Virus record (IMG/VR): IMGVR_UViG_3300010376_000100
Span: 1-30,804 of that record
From: a virus
Taxonomy: Duplodnaviria; Caudoviricetes
DNA: 30,804 nt
Strand: one strand, 5' to 3'
Of the stretch, positions 1-5,834 are shown in pieces. Below the pieces are notes generated by a model, which saw only the letters and a list, made by a program, of their open reading frames with translations, was not told where the DNA came from and searched no databases. A program made the position numbers and the translations under genes. Each line of letters starts with the position of its first letter. Position 1 is the first letter of the stretch.

Positions 1-56
1 ATATATATATCTATATATATTATATATAATAATAAAAAATAATGTAATAATTACAT
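1..56. repeat. Extremely AT-rich (TA)n tract ending in the palindrome ATGTAAT-A-ATTACAT (42-56)
   Basis: Read directly: nearly all A/T over 1-50, and a 7-bp perfect inverted repeat at 42-48/50-56. Confidence 0.8.
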
Positions 57-108
57 AGAAGGGCTAAAAAGTGGGGTGCTGTTTTTTGCGATGTGTACAG
101 AAAAGTGG

Positions 109-165
109 ACACTTTCGCCTCCGGACGCGCGAAAACGTTAGGGATTTTGCACACTTTCGCCTCCG
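109..165. repeat. 15-bp perfect direct repeat ACACTTTCGCCTCCG (109-123 and 151-165)
   Basis: Two identical copies, 42 bp start to start. Confidence 0.9.
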
Positions 166-190
166 CTGCGCCTGCTGGGGCCTGTTAAAA

Positions 191-250
191 GGCTCATACC
201 CGCACATATTCGCACATATTCTCTCATATTCTCTCATATTTCTTCATACG
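191..250. repeat. 10-bp-period tandem array (GGCTCATACC, CGCACATATT x2, CTCTCATATT x2, TCTTCATACG)
   Basis: CATA core recurs every 10 bp, six times. Confidence 0.85.
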
Positions 251-303
251 AGCTAGGGCTGTATTGAACGGTTCGGACGTGTCCTCTCAAAATGACACAA
301 GCC

Positions 304-347
304 AAATAAAAAAGGCTCAATCTAGACATACGCTAGACTGAGCCTTT
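304..347 (-). terminator. Rho-independent terminator of the 375-821 gene
   Basis: Minus strand AAAGGCTCAGTCTAG-CGTATGT-CTAGATTGAGCCTTT followed by a T-tract, 28 bp after the stop codon. Confidence 0.85.
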
Positions 348-374
348 GACTTACCGTAGGATTTGATTTACAGG

Positions 375-821
375 TTATGCCGCAGGTGCCGCAGGTGCGT
401 ACTTCTTATTGAATCTCGCCTGCACTGCTTCGGCAACCTCATCAAGTGGGTCGCCAAGTGCCTTTGCAGTCGTCCGAACAATCAGACGATACTGAGCCTG
501 GGCGTCAGCCGGCCAAACAGCATTCACATATTCGGCTAGCGGGTCGGACGCGTCCTTGTACAGCTTGTCATTATAACCCTCGATGAGAAGCTTCAGGATG
601 TCTGATTCACTCGTAACGCCCGTTACCTGCATGAACTCTTCGGTGCTCTTTGGCAATGTGTCAGGTTCGCTGTCGTCAAACTGCTCGAACGAAATCACCA
701 TCGAACCCTTACCGCGAGTCGAACCCACAAACAACCGCGTTCCCACGCCTGAACGACCCTTATTCACCGCATCTGCCTTTTCCTGCGCTGCCTTAATCTC
801 CGCTGCTCTGTCTTCACTCAT
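375..821 (-). CDS. Hypothetical protein (148 aa), acidic and Ala-rich, monocistronic leftward gene
   Basis: ORF with RBS AAAGGA 8 nt before ATG, its own promoter and terminator; GC-richer than the structural operon. Confidence 0.8.
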   Translation of the reverse strand: MSEDRAAEIKAAQEKADAVNKGRSGVGTRLFVGSTRGKGSMVISFEQFDDSEPDTLPKSTEEFMQVTGVTSESDILKLLIEGYNDKLYKDASDPLAEYVNAVWPADAQAQYRLIVRTTAKALGDPLDEVAEAVQARFNKKYAPAAPAA

Positions 822-871
822 TGTGCCCGTCCTTTACATTGTCGCTGCCGTAATGGTCAGCAACGTAGGAG

Positions 872-900
872 AGTCTATCATAGTTGAGGGGACTTGTCAA
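872..900 (-). promoter_or_regulatory. sigma70-type promoter TTGACA-17bp-TAGACT with extended -10 TG, driving 375-821
   Basis: Minus strand TTGACA agtcccctcaactatga TAGACT. Confidence 0.8.
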
Positions 901-924
901 CCCCTGTCAACCCTTTTCAACCCC
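895..924. repeat. Three 10-bp tandem repeats (TGTCAACCCC, TGTCAACCCT, TTTCAACCCC) overlapping the -35 box; candidate operator
   Basis: Read directly; the first copy contains the -35 hexamer of the leftward promoter. Confidence 0.75.
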
Positions 925-1000
925 GAGCCAACCTCCTTTTAATGAACCACACTCGGAACAGCCTGACACTCCAAAGGATTGTAATCAGTTTGTCAGTCAT
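917..1000 (-). CDS. Micro-protein, 27 aa (MTDKLITILWSVRLFRVWFIKRRLARG)
   Basis: Hand translation; ATGA overlap with the 997-1080 ORF. Confidence 0.45.
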   Translation of the reverse strand: MTDKLITILWSVRLFRVWFIKRRLARG

Positions 1001-1080
1001 CGCTTGACCCTCACAGTCGTTAGAGCTTCGTACCTGTTTCCGTCCTTCGTAACTACCTTGACCGGGATTGTGATTCTCAT
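997..1080 (-). CDS. Micro-protein, 27 aa (MRITIPVKVVTKDGNRYEALTTVRVKR)
   Basis: Hand translation; GGGAG RBS and ATGA overlaps at both ends. Confidence 0.55.
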   Translation of the reverse strand: MRITIPVKVVTKDGNRYEALTTVRVKR

Positions 1081-1145
1081 CTCATTCTCCCTTTACTCCT
1101 GAGTGTAACCGAAACGTTTGAACCGGTCAGTTGAATAATCATCAT
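1077..1145 (-). CDS. Micro-protein, 22 aa (MMIIQLTGSNVSVTLRSKGRMR)
   Basis: Hand translation; strong RBS AAGGAG 6 nt before ATG; ATGA overlap with the next ORF. Confidence 0.5.
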   Translation of the reverse strand: MMIIQLTGSNVSVTLRSKGRMR

Positions 1146-1353
1146 TTTATTCTCCTTGTGTCCTTGTGCTGCATCATCTACATATATAAGGTAAGAGAAT
1201 CGTGCCAGTTAACCCAGCCGAAACACTGGAGACAATAAATTACATTTGGGACCGTATGCAAAAAGTGTTCCTTTTTAAGCCGGGACCCTACCGGTATAGG
1301 CAACCTTTCAGAGCCTTATCGTCGCCATACGGAGCGGAATATTCGCCTCTCTT

Positions 1354-1421
1354 TTTATGGATTTATTTATGGATTCATTTATGAGTCTATTTATAAATTA
1401 ACAAATTAACAAATTCATAAA
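1354..1421. repeat. Four degenerate 12-bp tandem repeats (TTTATGGATTTA, TTTATGGATTCA, TTTATGAGTCTA, TTTATAAATTAA) followed by CAAATT(A/C)A repeats
   Basis: Read directly, about 100-165 bp upstream of the rightward promoter. Confidence 0.7.
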
Positions 1422-1517
1422 TCAACATCCCATAGCAAAACAAAAATAAACAGATAAAAAATTGAACAGACCGAAAATTAGGTTCATTTTCAGGCCGTAT
1501 TTTGCATCGTTGCTCTA

Positions 1518-1546
1518 TTGACACAAGCCACAACCTATGGTAGACT
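1518..1546 (+). promoter_or_regulatory. sigma70-type promoter TTGACA-17bp-TAGACT with extended -10 TG, heading the packaging/structural operon
   Basis: TTGACA caagccacaacctatgg TAGACT, 35 bp before the ATG at 1582. Confidence 0.8.
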
Positions 1547-1581
1547 TGCACCTTCACCGTGTACTAATTTAAGGTTTTTAT

Positions 1582-2031
1582 ATGCTAATTAATGAAGAAG
1601 AAGTGAATGCTCGCATGGAATCACCTTTAAATCTATTCAACAAGTTTAAAGTTGCACATAGAATTAAAGGTTCATTTCCTATTGTCATGCCTGAAGAATC
1701 AACTGAAGTTGCTACAATCCCAACTGTTCCAGTCGTCCCACGCGTTGATGATTTAATCCATAACCTCGATGATAAGATTAAGTTTGGGAAGATTCAGCAG
1801 GGAGCCGCTGACATCATTCAAGCAAGCATTGATCAACTTAAATTAAAGATTGAAGAAGTTGACAAGCCAGAGAAATACGCGGTGATTGCTAATCAGATGA
1901 ATGGTATTATTACTTCAATTAATACGGCTAGATCACAGAATCATAATCATGGAAATAAAGTACAGATTATGATTTATGCACCACAGTTAAAGACTGAGGA
2001 TGCATATGAGATGATTGAAGTACGTGATTAA
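1582..2031 (+). CDS. Hypothetical protein, candidate terminase small subunit
   Basis: 149 aa, first gene of the operon, AAGG RBS; helical hairpin region followed by a C-terminal beta-strand (VQIMIYAP), as in TerS oligomerisation modules; no other TerS candidate seen. Confidence 0.4.
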   Translation: MLINEEEVNARMESPLNLFNKFKVAHRIKGSFPIVMPEESTEVATIPTVPVVPRVDDLIHNLDDKIKFGKIQQGAADIIQASIDQLKLKIEEVDKPEKYAVIANQMNGIITSINTARSQNHNHGNKVQIMIYAPQLKTEDAYEMIEVRD

Positions 2032-2350
2032 ATTATCACCTTGCGTTAGATGTGGGAAGATTCGTAAGTTAATTTGTAATAAGTTAATAGTTTATGCATA
2101 TTGCATGTCGTGTGCAAGATTTTTTAGGTATCAAAGACAAAAGGTTAAAATGTTATATGATTCCGTCAAGCGCTTATCAAGGCTAGCGGATTTAATTAGG
2201 GTCTTAGCGGCTAAATCACAAGCTAGAGATATTCTAAGCTTAAATAATAGTATTTCAGAGTTAGAAATAGAATTAAGTCTTCTTGCAGATAATCTCATGC
2301 TGGAAACACTCAAACTTAAGGAAACAAAAGGCCAGAGGATTGCAGTATGA
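2015..2350 (+). CDS. Hypothetical protein with N-terminal CxxC...CxxC zinc finger and leucine-rich coiled coil (start probably GTG 2024)
   Basis: CVRC and CMSC motifs; overlaps the flanking genes. Confidence 0.6.
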   Translation: MKYVIKLSPCVRCGKIRKLICNKLIVYAYCMSCARFFRYQRQKVKMLYDSVKRLSRLADLIRVLAAKSQARDILSLNNSISELEIELSLLADNLMLETLKLKETKGQRIAV

Positions 2351-2670
2351 CATTTTATGATATTCAATTAGTTTCAGGTATAACATCAGCCTCAACAACG
2401 AGTCCGTATGATTTTAGAAATGCGCAGCAATTAACTGGATACCTATCTGGTAGTGGAACATTGAGCGCAGGTACGATTCAGTTAGAAGCATCTGATGATC
2501 CTAATTTCTCAGGGACATGGGCACCATTAGGATCAGCAGTAAATGCAACAACATTGTCAGGTAATAAAAAATCTACTGTAAGTATTACAGGGCCACACCG
2601 TTATGTCAGAGCAACAATTGCTGGCGTTACAGGCGGTGGAAATGTCAGCGTTCGCGTTGTTGCTTGCTAA
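2347..2670 (+). CDS. Small Ser/Thr/Gly-rich beta-sandwich protein, probable virion component
   Basis: ATGA overlap; GTIQLEASDD...W...RYVRAT pattern common in small phage beta-sandwich proteins. Confidence 0.6.
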   Translation: MTFYDIQLVSGITSASTTSPYDFRNAQQLTGYLSGSGTLSAGTIQLEASDDPNFSGTWAPLGSAVNATTLSGNKKSTVSITGPHRYVRATIAGVTGGGNVSVRVVAC

Positions 2671-2692
2671 CTTAACTTTAACCCTGGGTCCG

Positions 2693-2929
2693 ATGGTGTT
2701 CAATCCTTCAATTGATCTTGGGCAATTAATTGTTGCAACACTACTAACAATCATTGGCTATTTTGTAAAGAAGGAATTGAGTACCCTTACAAGACGGCTA
2801 GACCAACATGAACAGAGAATATTTAATCTTGTTGGTGATGTACAGAAGTTAATAGGTGTAGTTGAGATTAGTCGAAGATTAACATTTCGTAGGAGTGAGG
2901 AAGATAGTGGCTCAGATTCATTACGCTAA
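2693..2929 (+). CDS. Single-TM plus coiled-coil protein, holin/XhlA-like
   Basis: Hydrophobic LGQLIVATLLTIIGYFV followed by KK and a heptad region; ATG 2693 avoids overlap with the upstream gene. Confidence 0.5.
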   Translation: MVFNPSIDLGQLIVATLLTIIGYFVKKELSTLTRRLDQHEQRIFNLVGDVQKLIGVVEISRRLTFRRSEEDSGSDSLR

Positions 2930-3191
2930 CAGTCCATTATTGATTGGCGATCCTGTCTCATTCTCTATGGGATATGTAGGAGTCTTAGTTGCACAACCTG
3001 AAGGATATGCAGTCCAGAAGCCTAATGGTAAATATCTATCAGTCAAGCCAGATGGTGGATATAAAGAAGAATCAACTGTTGGTGCCTGGGAGACATTCTA
3101 TCCTGATTCTAAACTAAATGTTCTTCAGGTAAATAGCTGGATTGGTGATAATGAATTCACTGTTCCTCTTCAGATTCCCTATCATGGTTGA
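2895..3191 (+). CDS. Small protein with one fascin/beta-trefoil-like repeat
   Basis: YAVQKPNGKYLSVKPDG...VGAWETF matches the fascin-like repeat pattern; AGGA RBS before GTG. Confidence 0.55.
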   Translation: MRKIVAQIHYANSPLLIGDPVSFSMGYVGVLVAQPEGYAVQKPNGKYLSVKPDGGYKEESTVGAWETFYPDSKLNVLQVNSWIGDNEFTVPLQIPYHG

Positions 3192-3203
3192 TTGAGTTAA
3201 GTC

Positions 3204-4064
3204 ATGGGTAGTTCTTCTGTAGTTTTACTATTAGCTAAGAGTAAACCTAAATGGCCATCTGTTGATGCCATTAGGAACTTTAAGGGGAATTTTGGTGGGA
3301 TTGTAATTTCTGAATTACAGTATGGATTTGATAACAAAGTACTTTTCACACCGGGATATGTTGTTGAGTCAAGTAGTGTCAGAAAGATTATCAGAGAAAG
3401 ATATAAAGCAGCAGGATTTACACATTTCCCGATTAACTTATATAATACTACTTCTATTTATCATGATTATTATCCTCAGTGGGATGACCGTAAGATTAAT
3501 GATTATTTAACTGAGCTACTCTCAGATGGTATCATTCCAGTTGGGAGTGCATTTGCAGATAATGTTAAAGTTGTTAAACCAGTTGTTGATCCAGATTTAG
3601 TGCCAGCCGTCTTTACAGGTTGGGAGAATCCTGCACCAATTCTCTACCCGGCGTTGGATGCTGATAATCTTTTTTATGTTGCTAAACAATATTTTCCTAA
3701 ATCATTAGTCTATTGGCATAATCCTTCTTATCAAGGTGCTCCATATGTCAGCAATACTGATTGGGGTTATAGTCCTTCTGACGACATCAATCATATTGTG
3801 TGGCAGTATATGGTTTACAATAGTGGTTGTCAAGGACTTTTAAATCAGGGTAATGGTTGGGAAAATAGCGGCTCTGATTCTGTTGCTCGTCTTATTGATT
3901 TCAGAGACCGTCTTATTTATGGTGAGAACTATTGGCCTAAAGCTGATCTTGTAGACTTTGAGGAGGTTGTCTATTATAATACAACGCTTCAAGGTTCTCC
4001 ACTGCTGACAGGTGAGAGTATTCGTAATAGAGTTACAGGATTAACTGGTTACTGCAATGGCTGA
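3204..4064 (+). CDS. Hypothetical 286-aa protein, possibly glycoside-hydrolase-like (alpha/beta barrel)
   Basis: Alternating helix/strand pattern (YKAAGFTHFPIN, LLSDGIIPV, FTGWEN, LVYWH, LVDFEE); rich in Trp, Tyr and Asp. Fold is inferred only. Confidence 0.4.
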   Translation: MGSSSVVLLLAKSKPKWPSVDAIRNFKGNFGGIVISELQYGFDNKVLFTPGYVVESSSVRKIIRERYKAAGFTHFPINLYNTTSIYHDYYPQWDDRKINDYLTELLSDGIIPVGSAFADNVKVVKPVVDPDLVPAVFTGWENPAPILYPALDADNLFYVAKQYFPKSLVYWHNPSYQGAPYVSNTDWGYSPSDDINHIVWQYMVYNSGCQGLLNQGNGWENSGSDSVARLIDFRDRLIYGENYWPKADLVDFEEVVYYNTTLQGSPLLTGESIRNRVTGLTGYCNG

Positions 4065-4145
4065 GAGGAATTACTTACTGGGTTATAGTTCACCATCATG
4101 GTATCTATAATAAGTAATGTCCTCTCACCAACTTTAGGATAGGAT

Positions 4146-4304
4146 ATGAAATCATTACATCCAGGATTTAAATCAGTTCAGTCAAGTATTGAAAAAGAAG
4201 GTTATTCTAAAAAGGCAGCAGGTGCTATTCTAGCATCTAAAACAAGACATGCTTCAGCGGCTGCAAAGAGGAAGAATCCTCATCTGAAGTATGTAAAGGG
4301 ATGA
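4146..4304 (+). CDS. Small basic phage protein, 52 aa (MKSLHPGFKSVQSSIEKEGYSKKAAGAILASKTRHASAAAKRKNPHLKYVKG)
   Basis: Below the ORF-track cutoff; AGGA RBS; the HPGF...AGAILA...AS..AK..NP.L..VKG pattern is one I recognise from phage hypothetical proteins. Confidence 0.7.
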   Translation: MKSLHPGFKSVQSSIEKEGYSKKAAGAILASKTRHASAAAKRKNPHLKYVKG

Positions 4305-4307
4305 GAT

Positions 4308-4508
4308 ATGAAGCCAGTGCATTGGATTGCTATTGGAATGTTCCTAACTGGATTATCTGCACAACTTGGTGGATTGCAACATGGATGGCGCGATGCACTG
4401 ACTCCACTTTGGGTTAGTGGAGTAATCAGCCAAGCTGGATCTATTATTGTGGCTTTAAATTCTGGAAGAATCGGTGCTACTGCACCGGAGGTAGTTAAAC
4501 AACCATGA
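4308..4508 (+). CDS. Holin-like membrane protein with two hydrophobic segments
   Basis: 66 aa: WIAIGMFLTGLSAQL and LWVSGVISQAGSIIVAL. Confidence 0.55.
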   Translation: MKPVHWIAIGMFLTGLSAQLGGLQHGWRDALTPLWVSGVISQAGSIIVALNSGRIGATAPEVVKQP

Positions 4509-4732
4509 ATGTAGGTCAATTACTATTCGCACTTCGAGATGCAGTTAATTATCTTGAAGCCAAAGGAATGTTAAAGGTTGATGGTACTGTTTTACTGAAT
4601 GATATTAATAATGATGTTGCTCTTGCATCTGTTATTGAAGGATCACTCAAAGCTCACGGTATTGATACGCCTGAAGTAGTTGATAAAGTTATTCAGGCAC
4701 TTCCATTGTTTGTTTCAATCTTCGTGAGGTAA
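4505..4732 (+). CDS. Hypothetical protein with hydrophobic C-terminus
   Basis: ATGA overlap, GGAG RBS. Confidence 0.7.
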   Translation: MNVGQLLFALRDAVNYLEAKGMLKVDGTVLLNDINNDVALASVIEGSLKAHGIDTPEVVDKVIQALPLFVSIFVR

Positions 4733-4735
4733 TTA

Positions 4736-4948
4736 ATGGCAGCCAAAGTAACAGTCACAGGAACAATTGGTCCAGGTAACTCAGTAACATCTTTAGTATT
4801 TAATGGTGTAAGTGAATTCACATTTGATACAGTTAATAACCGACTCATTATTAATATTAATGGTGAATTCACATACGTAGGTATCTCAGCCGCTACCACC
4901 GTCACATGCACAATCAGTGGTGGAGCGTACACATTAACGGTGAGCTAG
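4736..4948 (+). CDS. Small all-beta Thr-rich protein, probable virion component
   Basis: GAGG RBS; alternating Thr/Val strands. Confidence 0.7.
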   Translation: MAAKVTVTGTIGPGNSVTSLVFNGVSEFTFDTVNNRLIININGEFTYVGISAATTVTCTISGGAYTLTVS

Positions 4949-5184
4949 TGAGTGGAATATTTAGTCCGGACGCATTAAAATCTATTATCCAAAATAGACT
5001 TAATGATAACGTAGCCATTCCTCCCGGACACCGTGGTGCTATATTTGTCTATACTGGTACTGATTCTGTACAAGCTGGTGTAGCATTCAAAACAGATAGC
5101 GGCTGGCAGATACAGGGTGATGTAAATTTTATTCCACATACTGGTAACTTATCTGCTGGGTTGAATGTATTAAAGACTTGGTAA
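4948..5184 (+). CDS. Hypothetical beta-strand protein ending in Trp
   Basis: TAGTG stop/start overlap favours GTG 4948 over ATG 4906. Confidence 0.6.
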   Translation: MSGIFSPDALKSIIQNRLNDNVAIPPGHRGAIFVYTGTDSVQAGVAFKTDSGWQIQGDVNFIPHTGNLSAGLNVLKTW

Positions 5185-5185
5185 G

Positions 5186-5359
5186 ATGAAGAGTTTAATT
5201 CTCATTGCGGCTTTATTACAGTCACAAGTAGTTACAGTTCCATCGCTACTAGATGGAACAATAGAAGATCCTATTTCTCTTACATTTAATGTGAATGTTG
5301 GTCCATTAACACCAACTAATTTAAGGATTATAGGTTATGATCCCGGGGGCTACGACTGA
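5186..5359 (+). CDS. Small hypothetical protein (57 aa) with signal-peptide-like N-terminus MKSLILIAALLQ
   Basis: Hand translation; fills the gap between 5184 and 5337. Confidence 0.45.
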   Translation: MKSLILIAALLQSQVVTVPSLLDGTIEDPISLTFNVNVGPLTPTNLRIIGYDPGGYD

Positions 5360-5834
5360 ACTTGAATTACAATGGTTGGGGAATGCAGCTGAAGATAAGA
5401 AATGCATTGTTGAAATTGGTAGCTATTATGGAAGAAGCACGGTGGCTTTGGCGGCTAAAACGAAAGGGATAGTTATTGCAGTTGATGATTTCTTTGGTCC
5501 AAGAGATGTAGAATTATCTCCAGAAGAAAGGCAGAGGATTTACGATAAGTTCATTGAGAATACGGCTAGCTGCTATAATATTAAATCACGTATCTGTTCT
5601 CATGAACAATTTGAGCCTCCGTCTTATTGTGACATGGCCTTCATTGATGGAGACCATAAATACGAAAACGTGCTGCGGGATATAAAGAAGTTTCTTCATC
5701 TGAAGAAGGTATTAATTACTGGTCATGATTATTATTGGTGGCCTGGGGTCATGCAAGCTGTTAATGACATCTTTGGTAATCAATTTAGTCTTGTTGATCA
5801 CACTCAGTTATGGTATGTAGATTATGAATCTTGA
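5337..5834 (+). CDS. Class I SAM-dependent methyltransferase (Methyltransf_24-like)
   Basis: VEIGSYYGRST motif I, AVDDF, DMAFIDGDHKYE, GHDY...PGV..AV. Confidence 0.9.
   Translation: MIPGATTELELQWLGNAAEDKKCIVEIGSYYGRSTVALAAKTKGIVIAVDDFFGPRDVELSPEERQRIYDKFIENTASCYNIKSRICSHEQFEPPSYCDMAFIDGDHKYENVLRDIKKFLHLKKVLITGHDYYWWPGVMQAVNDIFGNQFSLVDHTQLWYVDYES

Noticed and set aside
109-250. Short repeats as a mini-CRISPR array
   Set aside because: Repeats are 10-15 bp, tandem or only two copies, with no 30-40-bp unique spacer series and no cas genes
1192-1208. sigma54-like promoter on the minus strand (CTGGCACGATTCTCTTA) ahead of the micro-ORFs
   Set aside because: The -24 TGGCACG is perfect but the required -12 TTGC is absent, so it is not called
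71-1384. Plus-strand ORFs 71-256, 583-942, 884-1102, 1202-1384
   Set aside because: They cross repeats or are antisense shadows of better-supported minus-strand genes, and lack an RBS
5337-5834. Methyltransferase as a DNA MTase for CGGCT
   Set aside because: Lacks DPPY/NPPY or PC catalytic motifs and a target-recognition domain; motifs fit a small-molecule or sugar MTase
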